DNA from: an uncultured archaeon
GTDB taxonomy: Archaea; Nanobdellota; Nanobdellia; Woesearchaeales; CAIVOO01
DNA: 64,000 nucleotides
Direction: 5' to 3'
NCBI GenBank assembly: GCA_963845175.1
Contig: CAWJRI010000012.1
Span: 13,928 to 77,927 of the forward strand
Part shown: piece after piece, positions 26,185 through 36,369 of the stretch
Layout: each line of letters starts with the position of its first letter
Position numbering within the stretch: position 1 is the stretch's first letter
Position numbers and translations under genes: made by a program
Notes under the pieces: generated by a model
Seen by the model: only the letters and a program-made list of their open reading frames with translations
Told to the model about the DNA's origin: nothing
Database searches by the model: none

Positions 26185-26247
26185 GAAATTCTGTATTTTT
26201 TCAAGCTTTTCACAATATTTAAATATTTATCTCTTTTATTGGAATAT

Positions 26248-26955
26248 ATGGATGACCTATTCAAAAAGAATCTTGAGCTGACAAAGAAGAGGCTCAGGGA
26301 AAGTGTAAAATTCGACACCCTGCTTGTGCAGGCAATAAACAACATTGACGAATTAAACAAATCCACAAATCTGCTTGCAAAGAGGCTTAGGGAGTGGTTC
26401 GAGCTTTACAATCCGGAGTTTTCAAAGGATATTCCGGACAATGATAAATTTGCAGAGCTTGTGACAAGAAAGCAGGATAAAAAAGAAAAAGGAAGTATGG
26501 GCGCAGAGCTTCCTGAAAATGATTTGAGGCAGATGAGGGGTCTTGCAGCTGAAATAAACAATCTTTACAAGCTAAAAGAGAATGAGACAGGCTATGTGGA
26601 AGAGCTCATGCAGAAGAACTGCCCAAATATGGAAAAGGTTGCAGGAGCGTTGATTGGCGCGAAGCTGATTGAGATTGCAGGCTCGCTTGAGAGGCTTGCA
26701 AAAATGGCTGCATCTACTGTGCAGATGCTTGGCGCCGAAAAGGCATTGTTCAGGCACATAAAGACAGGCGCAAAGGCGCCGAAGTACGGCGTGATTTTTG
26801 CGCATCCTTTTATTTCAGAGGCGAAAATTGATAGAGGAAAGAGGGCAAGGGCTCTGGCAGACAAGATTTCAGTCGCCGCAAAGGTTGATTTTTTCAAGGG
26901 CGAATTCGCGGCTGACAGGCTCCTGCAGGAATTGAAAAAGAAATTCGGAGGTTAA
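26248..26955 (+). CDS. nop5: C/D box sRNP protein Nop5 (Nop56/58), short form with NOSIC and Nop domains only
   Basis: LLVQAINNIDELNKSTNLLAKRLREWFELYNPEF (NOSIC) and LGAEKALFRHIKTGAKAPKYGVIFAHPFI (Nop domain). Located upstream of fibrillarin. First ATG is 26248 (the track start 26239 is TTG). Confidence 0.8.
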   Translation: MDDLFKKNLELTKKRLRESVKFDTLLVQAINNIDELNKSTNLLAKRLREWFELYNPEFSKDIPDNDKFAELVTRKQDKKEKGSMGAELPENDLRQMRGLAAEINNLYKLKENETGYVEELMQKNCPNMEKVAGALIGAKLIEIAGSLERLAKMAASTVQMLGAEKALFRHIKTGAKAPKYGVIFAHPFISEAKIDRGKRARALADKISVAAKVDFFKGEFAADRLLQELKKKFGG

Positions 26956-26956
26956 A

Positions 26957-27154
26957 ATGGCAATACAGGTTTTGCATGCAAAAGACAAGAAGAAAAGAAG
27001 GATTGGAGTTGTTGAGTACCTAATAGGGATTGTGGCTCTGGGGATATCAGTTGGGCTGTTTTTGAACACAGACAAATATGCGTATGCACTGTCAACATTT
27101 ACATTGCTGGCAGCAGTCTATATGATTATTAACGCAAGAACGCAGTGGCTATGA
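26957..27154 (+). CDS. 65-aa two-TM membrane protein wedged between nop5 and fibrillarin
   Basis: Starts 1 nt after the nop5 stop. Its stop overlaps the flpA ATG (ATGA). Two hydrophobic helices are present. No recognisable family. Confidence 0.45.
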   Translation: MAIQVLHAKDKKKRRIGVVEYLIGIVALGISVGLFLNTDKYAYALSTFTLLAAVYMIINARTQWL

Positions 27155-27771
27155 ACAAGTTCAACGGAGTTTTTGTTGAAGGCAGAAGGATTTATACGCG
27201 AGATTTAATTAGCGGAAAGCCCTCTGAGTGGGATCCAAGAAGAAGCAAGCTTGCTGCTGCAATTGCAAAAGGCATTTCAGAGATTGGGATAAAGGAAGGT
27301 AACACTATTCTTTATCTTGGCGCCTCTTCAGGCACAACAGCTTCGCATGTCTCTGACATTGTCGGGAAGAACGGCTTTGTTTTTGCATTAGATTCATCGC
27401 CAAGAATGGTCAGGGATTTGGTGTTTGAGTGCGAAAGGAAAAAGAACATGGCGCCATTGCTTGAGGACGCGAACCATCCTGAAAGATACAACGAGAATGT
27501 GACAAAGGTTGATGTTGTTTATCAGGACATCAGCCAGAGGAACCAGTCAGAGATTTTCCTGAAGAACTGCAGGGCTTTCCTGAAAAAAGGCGGGTTTGGC
27601 CTGCTGGCTGTGAAGGCCAGGTCAGTGGATGTCACAAAGAAGCCAGTTGAAATATTCAAAATTGCCAGGGAAGATCTTGAAAAAGAAATGGAGATTGTGG
27701 ACAGCAGGCAGTTGGAGCCGTTCGAGAAGGACCACATGTTGTTTGTTTGCAGAAATAAGAAAAATATATAA
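27151..27771 (+). CDS. flpA: Fibrillarin-like rRNA/tRNA 2'-O-methyltransferase
   Basis: WDPRRSKLAAAI, ILYLGASSGTTASHVSDIVG (SAM-binding motif), and a position following nop5. Confidence 0.9.
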   Translation: MNKFNGVFVEGRRIYTRDLISGKPSEWDPRRSKLAAAIAKGISEIGIKEGNTILYLGASSGTTASHVSDIVGKNGFVFALDSSPRMVRDLVFECERKKNMAPLLEDANHPERYNENVTKVDVVYQDISQRNQSEIFLKNCRAFLKKGGFGLLAVKARSVDVTKKPVEIFKIAREDLEKEMEIVDSRQLEPFEKDHMLFVCRNKKNI

Positions 27772-27794
27772 ACCGTTGAAACAGATTTCTATAT

Positions 27795-29207
27795 ATGATA
27801 AAATTTTACAGCACATTAAGCAAAAAAATAGAGGAATTTAAGCCTGTTAAGAATGATTTTGTAAGGATTTACAACTGCGGGCCGACTGTTTATGATTATG
27901 ATCATTTAGGGCATATGTGGACATACACCATGGCTGACCTAATACGAAGAGTTCTCGAATACAATAAATTAAAAGTCAAGCAGGTAATGAACATAACTGA
28001 TGTTGGGCATCTGACAGAAGGGGATGTGGACAAGATGCTGATTGCATCTGAAAGGGAAAAAAAGACACCTAAGCAAATCTGCGACTTTTATACAAAAATA
28101 TTCATGGAGAACAGGAAGAAGCTGAATATTCTTGAACCGCACATAATCTGCAAGGCAACAGAGCATATTAAGGAGATGCAGGGATTGATTAAAAAATTGC
28201 TTGACAGGGGCTATGCCTATAAAATTTCAGGCGGAGTTTACTATAATGTTCCAAAATTCAAGGATTATGGAAAATTATCAGGGAACACTGTTGAAAGGCT
28301 GGAAGCCGGTGCAAGAATAGAGGTAAACCCTGAAAAAAAGCATCCTGCTGATTTCGCGCTATGGATTATTGCAAAGCCGGAGCATCTGATGCAGTGGGAC
28401 TCGCCCTGGGGCAGGGGTTATCCTGGCTGGCACATAGAATGCAGCGCAATGTCTACAAAATATCTGGGCGACGAGCTTGATATACATACCGGCGGCGAGG
28501 ACAACATATTCCCGCACCATGAAAATGAAATTGCACAGAGCGAAGGCGCAACTGGAAAGAAATTTGTAAAAGTCTGGATGCACACCCGCTTCCTGAATAT
28601 TGAAGGGGAAAAGATGTCAAAAAGCCTCGGAAATTTCATGAGGCTGCAGGACATCGAAAAAAAAGGATTCGAACCTCTGGCTTTGAGATATTTGTTTTTG
28701 ATAACTCATTACCGCACGCCGCTGAATTTTACCTGGGAAGGGCTGAAGGCGGCTGACACTGCCTGGAAGAGGGTGCTGGAGTTTGTTGATGTCCTGAAAA
28801 ATCTGAAAATAAAATACGGGCACAACGACGAAATCGACGAGCTGATTGAAAAGTCAAGGGAAGCGTTCAAGGAAGCAGTAAATAATGACCTGAACACCCC
28901 AAAAGCTGTTTCTGTGCTGTTTGACTTCATGAACAAGGTAAACAAGTTCATTGCAGAGAAGAAGCTTGACCAGAAGAATGTCCTTGAAAGCTACAATTTA
29001 GTTAAGGATTTTGACAGTGTACTTGCGATTCTGAAGGAAGAAGAGGAATTTAAAGCTCCAAAAGACGTTAAAAAACTGCTTGAAGACAGGGAAAAGGCAA
29101 GAAAGGAAAAGGATTGGACTAAGGCAGATGAAATAAGGGAAAAAATAAAGAAAAAAGGTTTTATTATTCTTGATTCCGATTCAGGGCCGAGGCTGAAAAA
29201 AGTTTAA
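27795..29207 (+). CDS. cysS: Cysteine--tRNA ligase
   Basis: YNCGPTVYDYDHLGH (HIGH motif) and KMSKSLGNF (KMSKS motif), 470 aa. Confidence 0.95.
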   Translation: MIKFYSTLSKKIEEFKPVKNDFVRIYNCGPTVYDYDHLGHMWTYTMADLIRRVLEYNKLKVKQVMNITDVGHLTEGDVDKMLIASEREKKTPKQICDFYTKIFMENRKKLNILEPHIICKATEHIKEMQGLIKKLLDRGYAYKISGGVYYNVPKFKDYGKLSGNTVERLEAGARIEVNPEKKHPADFALWIIAKPEHLMQWDSPWGRGYPGWHIECSAMSTKYLGDELDIHTGGEDNIFPHHENEIAQSEGATGKKFVKVWMHTRFLNIEGEKMSKSLGNFMRLQDIEKKGFEPLALRYLFLITHYRTPLNFTWEGLKAADTAWKRVLEFVDVLKNLKIKYGHNDEIDELIEKSREAFKEAVNNDLNTPKAVSVLFDFMNKVNKFIAEKKLDQKNVLESYNLVKDFDSVLAILKEEEEFKAPKDVKKLLEDREKARKEKDWTKADEIREKIKKKGFIILDSDSGPRLKKV

Positions 29208-29581
29208 ATTCTGCCCTGCCAAAAATTCGGAGAGTTTCTGTAATTGCTTTCTGTTATGTTCCTTAGCTCCGCCTGATCCCCAAACCTATTAAAAGGTATT
29301 TCCACAGGCATGAAAGGAGGCTCGTAGGCAACCATGACCTGAATATATCTTCCTGAATTGTGTATATTTTCTATCTGCACGCCTTCTTTTTCAAGAACAT
29401 CTCCAAGGTCATCTGTGCTGATTGTCCTTTGTTCATCTATTCTTTTCCTTGAAGACTCGTTCAAAGATATTCTGCCTTTCAAAATAGATTGCAAAAGCAG
29501 ATTCTGCATGTATAATTTAACATGGCTGTCTCCCTGCACTTTTATGTTGCTATAACCAAATAAATCGCTAACTGCATTCAT
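29204..29581 (-). CDS. Hypothetical 125-aa protein, 4-nt coupled downstream of valS
   Basis: ORF track. Its ATG overlaps the valS stop. No recognisable motifs. Confidence 0.5.
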   Translation of the reverse strand: MNAVSDLFGYSNIKVQGDSHVKLYMQNLLLQSILKGRISLNESSRKRIDEQRTISTDDLGDVLEKEGVQIENIHNSGRYIQVMVAYEPPFMPVEIPFNRFGDQAELRNITESNYRNSPNFWQGRI

Positions 29582-32010
29582 ATTTTCACCCCAAGTTCTC
29601 CATATTTTATCTCTTTTACGCTGTGCGCCTCTTTAATGTCTGCCTCGATGCTCTTGAATTTCTCGGGCATCGTAAGAAGAGTGACTTCAGCTTTTAAGCT
29701 TTTCCCCGCGTCCTTCTTTGTTTTCCATATTAAAGAATTTAACTCCAATAATTCCTCTTTTTTAAACTCCAGTTCATATTCCTCGTCAGCTTTCGGAAAC
29801 TCCTCCAGATGGATGTCTTTTCCCCTGAACTCGCTGTAAATCTTGTACGTTATCATCGGAATGACAGGCGCAAAGACCTTGAGCATTTTTTCAAGGCAGT
29901 GTATCAGCGTGAAGACTGCGGCGTTCTGCTCCTCTTTTGAGAATTTATTGTTGTCATTATAAGCCCTGCCCTTAACAAGCTCCAGATAATGCGACGCGAA
30001 TATTTCCCAGAGGAAGTTTTTCAGGTCAATGATTGGGTTATGGAAGTCGTACTTTTCAAACTTGATTCTTGCATTTTTTACAATTGAATTTATTTCATTT
30101 ATTATCCACTTGTCAAGCGCAGTCAATTCTATCTTGCCTTTCGGCTCAGGGAACATCAGTATGAATTTAGATACATTCCAAAGCTTTGTCAGGGTTTTTC
30201 CTGCACCGTCTATTCTTTCTTCAGAGCACCTGAAATCTGTCCTATCAAGATTTCCCTCAACAACGCACCATAGCCTGAGCGGCTCTGCGCCGAATTTTTC
30301 TATTATTTTTTGGGGATCTATTGAGTTGCCTGCTGATTTTGACATCTTCTTTCCTTTATCGTCAAGAATGTGATAGTTTACCCAGACATCCCTGAATATC
30401 GCCTTTCCAGTCAGCAGGTAGTCCTTGAACAAAGTATAATAAAGCCAAGTTCTTACAATCTCCTTGCCCTGCGGCCTTAGCGAGCATCTGCTGTTCTTTT
30501 CAAAGAATTCTAAATCGCGCGAATACTTGAGTATGTAAAGTGGAGAGATTGAGGAATCAAACCAGGTGTCAAAGACCCTTTCATCGCCTTTTATTTTTCC
30601 TGAGCCGCACTTCGGGCATTTCTTGACCGGAGCTGGCTCTTTCCATGGCCTGTAATACTTTCCCTTCAGCGGCAGAATCAGCTCCCCGCATTCGCAATGC
30701 CAGACAGGAACTTCTGTCGCGTAATATCTTCTTCTTGAGATTGGCCAGTCAATTGAAATTGAATTGACCCAGTCGAGATAAATCTGCTTGCTTTCAGGTG
30801 CGTAGAAATTTATCATTTCTGCAATTTCAAGCATCTTGTCCTTGAATTCAATCTGCTTCAGATAGAACTCGTTCATTGCTATGAACTCTATCTCGTCTTT
30901 TGAGCGCTCGCATATCGGCGTGCGGTGATTTATCTGCGTCTGCTTGACAAGAAGCCCTTTTTCCCGCAGTGTTTCAATTATCTTTTTTCTTGCTTCCCTG
31001 ACTTTCAGCCCTTCGAGCAGGCCCGCATTTTCATTCATTTTTCCGTCTGCGTTTATCGCAATCGTGGGAACAAGATTCATCTCCCTGAAGAAGCGGATGT
31101 CAGAAAGGTCTCCTGCAGAGCACATCATGGCAAGCCCAGTTCCTTTCTCTATTTCTGCCATTGGATGCGTTTTTATTGGAACTTCTTTTTCAAAGACAGG
31201 TATTATTGCTGTTTTCCCGGCAAGGTGCTGGTAGCGTTCATCATCTGGATTGAATATGACCATCCCGCAGGTGCAGATAAGCTCAGGCCTTGTTGTTCCG
31301 ATTATTATGTCCTCTCCTGTTTCCTTGACTTTGAAAATTACGTCATTGAAAAGAGTCGGCTTTATCTCATAAATAACCTCTGCATCTGCAAGGGTTGTCC
31401 GGCAGCCGGGGCAGTAGTTGTTTATTCTTTCGTCTTCGTAAATAAGCCCTTTGTTGTACAAATCAATGAATGTTTCCTGCGTCAATGCGCGGTAATCATC
31501 TGAATCTGTGTGGTACAAATCGCCGATTCCTGTCCCGAGCTTCCAGGAGTTGAAGCTTATCGCAAGCTTCTGGAACGAATCAACTGATTCTGTGCTTGAC
31601 TCCTGTAGAACCTTCTCGCACATTTTCAGGAATTCCTCCCTGCTTACTTCATTGAATTTCTTGCCGAATTTCTTTTCAGCAGCCATCTCAATCGGAAGCC
31701 CGTTCCTGTCGAGGCCGAGCGGGAAAAGAACATTGAAGCCTATCATTCGCCTGAATCTTGCGAACATGTCCATGAGGGAGTAGGTTGCTGCATGGCCCAT
31801 GTGAATGGGCGTATTGACATAGGGCGGAGGAGTGTCTATGGAATAAACTGGCTTTAATGACTTTTTGTCAAATTTAAACGGGTTTTTAAGGAATTCGCCA
31901 GATATTTGTTTTTCAAACTCCTTAGTCCAGGCCTTGTCCTTTAATTTTGATTCCATAACTGCCTTATCTTGGAAAGAATTTAAATGCTTTACTGTTTTTT
32001 GTATACTCAA
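29578..32010 (-). CDS. valS: Valine--tRNA ligase
   Basis: PPYVNTPIHMGHA (HIGH-type motif), TTRPELI..G.V.FNPDDERY (ValRS signature), KMSKSAGN, 810 aa. Confidence 0.88.
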   Translation of the reverse strand: MSIQKTVKHLNSFQDKAVMESKLKDKAWTKEFEKQISGEFLKNPFKFDKKSLKPVYSIDTPPPYVNTPIHMGHAATYSLMDMFARFRRMIGFNVLFPLGLDRNGLPIEMAAEKKFGKKFNEVSREEFLKMCEKVLQESSTESVDSFQKLAISFNSWKLGTGIGDLYHTDSDDYRALTQETFIDLYNKGLIYEDERINNYCPGCRTTLADAEVIYEIKPTLFNDVIFKVKETGEDIIIGTTRPELICTCGMVIFNPDDERYQHLAGKTAIIPVFEKEVPIKTHPMAEIEKGTGLAMMCSAGDLSDIRFFREMNLVPTIAINADGKMNENAGLLEGLKVREARKKIIETLREKGLLVKQTQINHRTPICERSKDEIEFIAMNEFYLKQIEFKDKMLEIAEMINFYAPESKQIYLDWVNSISIDWPISRRRYYATEVPVWHCECGELILPLKGKYYRPWKEPAPVKKCPKCGSGKIKGDERVFDTWFDSSISPLYILKYSRDLEFFEKNSRCSLRPQGKEIVRTWLYYTLFKDYLLTGKAIFRDVWVNYHILDDKGKKMSKSAGNSIDPQKIIEKFGAEPLRLWCVVEGNLDRTDFRCSEERIDGAGKTLTKLWNVSKFILMFPEPKGKIELTALDKWIINEINSIVKNARIKFEKYDFHNPIIDLKNFLWEIFASHYLELVKGRAYNDNNKFSKEEQNAAVFTLIHCLEKMLKVFAPVIPMITYKIYSEFRGKDIHLEEFPKADEEYELEFKKEELLELNSLIWKTKKDAGKSLKAEVTLLTMPEKFKSIEADIKEAHSVKEIKYGELGVKI

Positions 32011-32051
32011 GAATAGATATCTATTTAAGGCGAAAAAATATCTGGGTTAAG

Positions 32052-33263
32052 ATGAATGGGGGTCCGTGGGTCAAAAGATATGAGCCGAAATCTCTTAATG
32101 AGATTGAAGGCCAGGAAAGAGGGGTTGCAAAGCTGAAGGACTTTGTTGTTAATTTCTCGAAACAGAGGAAAAAGGCGTTGATAATCTATGGCGCTGTTGG
32201 CTGCGGAAAGAGCGCAGCTGTGAAGGCGCTGGCAAATGAGCTGAACTGCGAGCTGCTTGAGGTAAACGCGTCTGACACAAGGAACGCAGAGGCAATTGAA
32301 AGCATTGTCGGTAATGCGCTGAAGCAGAAAAGCTTTTTCTTTCAGGGAAAAATAATCATGCTTGATGAAATTGACGGAATTTCCGGGCAGGAGGACAGGG
32401 GAGGTGTTTCTGTTCTTGCAAAACTGATTGAAAATTCAGCTTATCCAATAATAATGGTTGCGAACGACCCCTTTGACAAGAAATTTTCCGAGCTGAGGAC
32501 AAGGGCTGAGCTTGTTGAATTTGAGGTTTTGAATTCTCTGCATGTTTTCAATGTCCTGAAAAAAATATGCGAAAAAGAAAAAATCATGTTTGATGAAACT
32601 GCGTTGAAAATGCTTGCAAGGAGGGCTGGCGGCGACCTGAGGGCTGCGATAAATGATTTGGAAAGCATGACAACCGGCGGGAAGCTGACAAAGGAGATGA
32701 TTGAAGAGCTTTCTGAAAGGGAAAAGACAGAATCAGTGATTCAGGGGTTAACCAAGGTTTTTAAGACAACTGACCCGCTTGTTGCAATTGACGCCTTTGA
32801 AAGGGTTGATGAAGACAGGGAGAAGCTGATTTTCTGGCTCGACGAGAACCTACCGAAGGAATACACAAAGCCCCATGAACTTGCGAAGGCGTATCATTAT
32901 CTTTCTCTGGCTGATATTTTTGGAAAAAGGATAATGAGAAGGCAGGACTGGCGCTATCTTGTTTATATAAATTCATTTTTGACAGCGGGTGTAGCGGTTT
33001 CAAAAGACAAGAAATACGACCATTTTGTCAGCTACAGGCCCACGACAAGGATACTGAAGATGTGGCAGGCAAACATGAAGTACCAGAAAAGAAAGGCAAT
33101 TGCAGAAAAGGTTGCGCTGAAGACGCACTGCTCAACAAAAAAGGCGCTGCAGGACACGCTTCCTTACCTGAAAGTTATTTTCGAGAAAAACAAGAAGGAA
33201 GCTGAGAAAATCGGGAACTTCCTTGACTTGGACAAGGAAGAGGTCAAGTGGCTGGAAGCATGA
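32052..33263 (+). CDS. rfcL: Replication factor C large subunit
   Basis: PWVKRYEPKSLNEIEGQE, Walker A GAVGCGKSA, LEVNASDTRN, DEIDG. Confidence 0.85.
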   Translation: MNGGPWVKRYEPKSLNEIEGQERGVAKLKDFVVNFSKQRKKALIIYGAVGCGKSAAVKALANELNCELLEVNASDTRNAEAIESIVGNALKQKSFFFQGKIIMLDEIDGISGQEDRGGVSVLAKLIENSAYPIIMVANDPFDKKFSELRTRAELVEFEVLNSLHVFNVLKKICEKEKIMFDETALKMLARRAGGDLRAAINDLESMTTGGKLTKEMIEELSEREKTESVIQGLTKVFKTTDPLVAIDAFERVDEDREKLIFWLDENLPKEYTKPHELAKAYHYLSLADIFGKRIMRRQDWRYLVYINSFLTAGVAVSKDKKYDHFVSYRPTTRILKMWQANMKYQKRKAIAEKVALKTHCSTKKALQDTLPYLKVIFEKNKKEAEKIGNFLDLDKEEVKWLEA

Positions 33264-33796
33264 TAATATTGGTTGATATGGACGGCGTAATCGCAGATTT
33301 TGAAAAAGGCTTTTTAGACAATTACAGAAGATTGCACCCCAATAAACCATATGTTCCTCTTGAAAAAAGAACTGTGTTTCACACCAAAAACCAATATCCA
33401 AAGGAACTGCACCCAATAGTCGAATCTGTTTACCAAGCCCCTGGATTCTACCTTTCACTGCCTGTAATTGAAGGCAGTATCGAAGCCATGCTGGAGATTA
33501 GCAAAAAGCACGATGTGTTTATCTGCACAAGCCCTCTTTCAAAGTATGAAAACTGCGTCCTGGAAAAATACAAATGGGTGGAGAAAAATCTTGGAAAAGA
33601 GTGGGTCAAGAAAATTATCGTTGCAAAAGACAAGACACTTGTATCAGGAGGCAGGCTTATCGATGACAACCCTAAAATAACTGGTGTAAAAATCCCTGAA
33701 TGGGAGCATATCATATACGACCAGCCCTACAACAGGTCAGAAAATTCAAAAAGAAGAATAAACTGGAAAAATTGGAAATCTGTGTTGAATATGTGA
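33260..33796 (+). CDS. 5'(3')-deoxyribonucleotidase-like HAD phosphatase (NT5C family)
   Basis: ILVDMDGVIADFEKGF (HAD motif I). The size and remaining pattern fit NT5C. The ATG overlaps the rfcL stop (ATGA). Confidence 0.75.
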   Translation: MIILVDMDGVIADFEKGFLDNYRRLHPNKPYVPLEKRTVFHTKNQYPKELHPIVESVYQAPGFYLSLPVIEGSIEAMLEISKKHDVFICTSPLSKYENCVLEKYKWVEKNLGKEWVKKIIVAKDKTLVSGGRLIDDNPKITGVKIPEWEHIIYDQPYNRSENSKRRINWKNWKSVLNM

Positions 33797-33817
33797 TTGA
33801 TTTACTGGAGGCGCAAA

Positions 33818-34462
33818 ATGGATAAAACATTTTTTGATAACCTGAAAAAGAAAGCAAAGGAATTCATGGAAATAGGCGGCAGCCATGAGTTCAGCCATGT
33901 GGAAAGAGTTTACAAGCTTGCGGTAAAAATTGCAAAAAATGAGAAAGCTGATATAGATATAGTGAAGGCAGCTGCCCTGCTGCATGATATTGCAAGAATC
34001 ATGGAGGACAGCGGGAAAATAAAGTGTCATGCAGAGGAAGGAGCTAGGATTGCGGGAAAAATTTTGGAAAAAACAAATTTTCCAAAGGAGAAAATCAAAG
34101 AGGTTTGCGAAGCGATAAGGCTGCACAGATTCAGCAGGGGCTTAAAAGCAGAAACAAAGGAAGCAATGATAATCCAGGACGCTGACAGGCTGGATGCAAT
34201 TGGGGCAATTGCCATCGCAAGGGTATTTGCGCATGGTGGAAAAATGAATAGGCCAATACATTTCGATACTGCAAAACCAAAAGAGGATTATGATGGTTCC
34301 GGTTCAGAATCAAGTTTTGTTCATTTTCATGAGAAAATATTGAAAATAAGGCCGGAATTGTTTAATACAAAAACTGGAAGAAAAATAGCAGAGCACAGGT
34401 ATAATTTCGTTAAGGTATTTATGAAAAAATTCTTAGATGAGTGGAATGGAGGCGCAAAATGA
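33818..34462 (+). CDS. HD-domain phosphohydrolase
   Basis: [14 protein letters not shown]...AALLHDIAR...[17 protein letters not shown] lies 7 nt upstream of ATG 33818. Confidence 0.8.
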   Translation: MDKTFFDNLKKKAKEFMEIGGSHEFSHVERVYKLAVKIAKNEKADIDIVKAAALLHDIARIMEDSGKIKCHAEEGARIAGKILEKTNFPKEKIKEVCEAIRLHRFSRGLKAETKEAMIIQDADRLDAIGAIAIARVFAHGGKMNRPIHFDTAKPKEDYDGSGSESSFVHFHEKILKIRPELFNTKTGRKIAEHRYNFVKVFMKKFLDEWNGGAK

Positions 34463-34830
34463 CACAACTAAACCAAATCTACAAATGCAATGTCTGCGGG
34501 AACATCGTTGAAGTGGCTCACGCAGGAGTGGGGCAGCTTGTCTGCTGCGGTCAGCCAATGGAATTACTGACTGAAAAAAATAAGGATGTCGGGCAGGAGA
34601 AGCACATGCCTGTAATTGAAAAAACAAACAAAGGAATCAAGATAAAGGTTGGCTCTATTCCACATCCAATGGAGGAGAAGCACTACATCGAGTTCATTGA
34701 AGTAATTTCAAACGGCAATGTCAGCAGGAAATTCTTGAAGCCAGGGGACAAGCCAGAGGCGGAATTTGAAGTCAGCGAAGCTGTCAGCGCAAGGGCTTAC
34801 TGCAATGTGCACGGGCTGTGGAAATCATAG
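34459..34830 (+). CDS. dfx: Desulfoferrodoxin (2Fe superoxide reductase)
   Basis: N-terminal desulforedoxin-like CNVCGN...VCCGQPM and C-terminal SOR domain EKHMPVIE...[13 protein letters not shown]...CNVHGLWK. Confidence 0.85.
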   Translation: MTQLNQIYKCNVCGNIVEVAHAGVGQLVCCGQPMELLTEKNKDVGQEKHMPVIEKTNKGIKIKVGSIPHPMEEKHYIEFIEVISNGNVSRKFLKPGDKPEAEFEVSEAVSARAYCNVHGLWKS

Positions 34831-34878
34831 TCCAAAACCCGCGAAAAGTATATAAATAAACCCTGCTTGAAGTCATAT

Positions 34879-36369
34879 ATGGAAGCAGAAAAGCTTAAAG
34901 AGCTTGTAAGCTACATTGTTGAAAAAGGGTTTATATGGGGTCCTGAGCCGGAAATATATGGCGGAACAGCAGGATTCTACACCTATGCGCCGCTTGGAAA
35001 ACTGCTTAAAAACAATGTGGAAGGCGCAATAAGAAGCGTTCTGCAGGCAAATGATTTCTGGGAAGTCGAGTGCCCAACTGTAATGAAGAAAGAGGTTTGG
35101 GAGGCGTCCGGACATCTTGGCGGATTCTCAGACCCGATGATTCAGTGCTCGAAATGCGATTCTATTTTCAGGGTCGACACGCTGCTTGAGGAAAATGGAA
35201 TAAAGCCGGACAAAGACCCGCTGAAGCAGGTCATTGAAAGCAAGATTAAATGTCCAGGCTGCAAAGGCAATTTCAAAAATGAAATCAAAAAGCACAGCCT
35301 GATGATGCGCACAATAGTGGGTGTTGACACAGAGGCGTACAACAGGCCTGAAACAGCAACAACAACCTATCTTCCGTTCCAGAGATTTGCTGATTTCTTC
35401 AGGAAGAAAGTTCCATTCGGCGTTTTCCAGATTGGAAAAGCTTACAGGAACGAGATAAGCCCGAGGCAGCATGTGCTGAGATGCCGAGAGTTTACGCAGG
35501 CAGAGGCCCAGCTGTTCATTGGAAAAGAGCAGAAGGATGATTTTGAAAAATATGAGAAAGTGAAAAACGAGAAGCTGCCTCTGTGGCCGCACCAGCTGCA
35601 GGAAAAAGGAAAGCCAAAGATGATAGGTCTGGATGAAGCGCTGAAAAACAAATATTTGAAAAACAAGGCATATGCCTGGTGTTTGTATATTGCCTACAAG
35701 CTTTTTAGGGAGATAGGCATTCCAGAGGAAAAGATAAGACTTAGGCAGCACCATCCCGATGAGAAAGCATTCTATGCCGATGACGCTTGGGACATAGAGA
35801 TAAACCTTAACACATTTGGTTGGTTTGAATGCTGCGGAATCCATGACCGGACAGATTATGACCTGAAGCAGCATGCAAAATTCTCAGGAAAGAAGCTTGA
35901 GATATTCAGCGAGGATTTGAAAAAAAGCATTGTTCCTCATGTGCTTGAAATAGCATTCGGCACAGACAGGCCTGTTTTTGCGCTGCTTGACTTGTTTTAT
36001 GAGAAAAAGGAAAAGGAGGAAGGAAAATCCCTGCTGAAGCTTCCTGCAAATCTTGCGCCAGTCAAAGTCGCTGTATTTCCGCTTGTGAACAAGGATGAAT
36101 TGCTGGCATTGTCAGGCAAAGTTTATGATGAGCTGAGCAAGGAATTTATTGCCATATTTGACAAGTCAGGTGCGATTGGAAGAAGATATCTTAGGCAGGA
36201 TGAAATTGGAACTCCCTTCTGCCTCACTGTTGACTTCGATTCTATCAAGGGAAATGACATAACAATAAGGGAGAGGGACACAGCAAAGCAGAAAAGGGTA
36301 AAAATCAAGGATTTGAGTGAAATTTTGAGAAAATTAATAAATAAAGAAGTAAAATTTGATGTAATATGA
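34879..36369 (+). CDS. glyS: Glycine--tRNA ligase (archaeal/eukaryotic alpha2 type)
   Basis: GFIWGPEPEIYGGTAGFYTYAPLG, FRNEISPR, class II motif 3 region GTDRP. First ATG is 34879. Confidence 0.9.
   Translation: MEAEKLKELVSYIVEKGFIWGPEPEIYGGTAGFYTYAPLGKLLKNNVEGAIRSVLQANDFWEVECPTVMKKEVWEASGHLGGFSDPMIQCSKCDSIFRVDTLLEENGIKPDKDPLKQVIESKIKCPGCKGNFKNEIKKHSLMMRTIVGVDTEAYNRPETATTTYLPFQRFADFFRKKVPFGVFQIGKAYRNEISPRQHVLRCREFTQAEAQLFIGKEQKDDFEKYEKVKNEKLPLWPHQLQEKGKPKMIGLDEALKNKYLKNKAYAWCLYIAYKLFREIGIPEEKIRLRQHHPDEKAFYADDAWDIEINLNTFGWFECCGIHDRTDYDLKQHAKFSGKKLEIFSEDLKKSIVPHVLEIAFGTDRPVFALLDLFYEKKEKEEGKSLLKLPANLAPVKVAVFPLVNKDELLALSGKVYDELSKEFIAIFDKSGAIGRRYLRQDEIGTPFCLTVDFDSIKGNDITIRERDTAKQKRVKIKDLSEILRKLINKEVKFDVI

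Noticed and set aside
35128-35874. 248-aa minus-strand ORF inside glyS, and similar antisense ORFs in valS (30925..31503), pyrG, cysS, the secretion ATPase and others
   Set aside because: They lie antisense to genes with unambiguous family motifs and have no motifs or start signals of their own.
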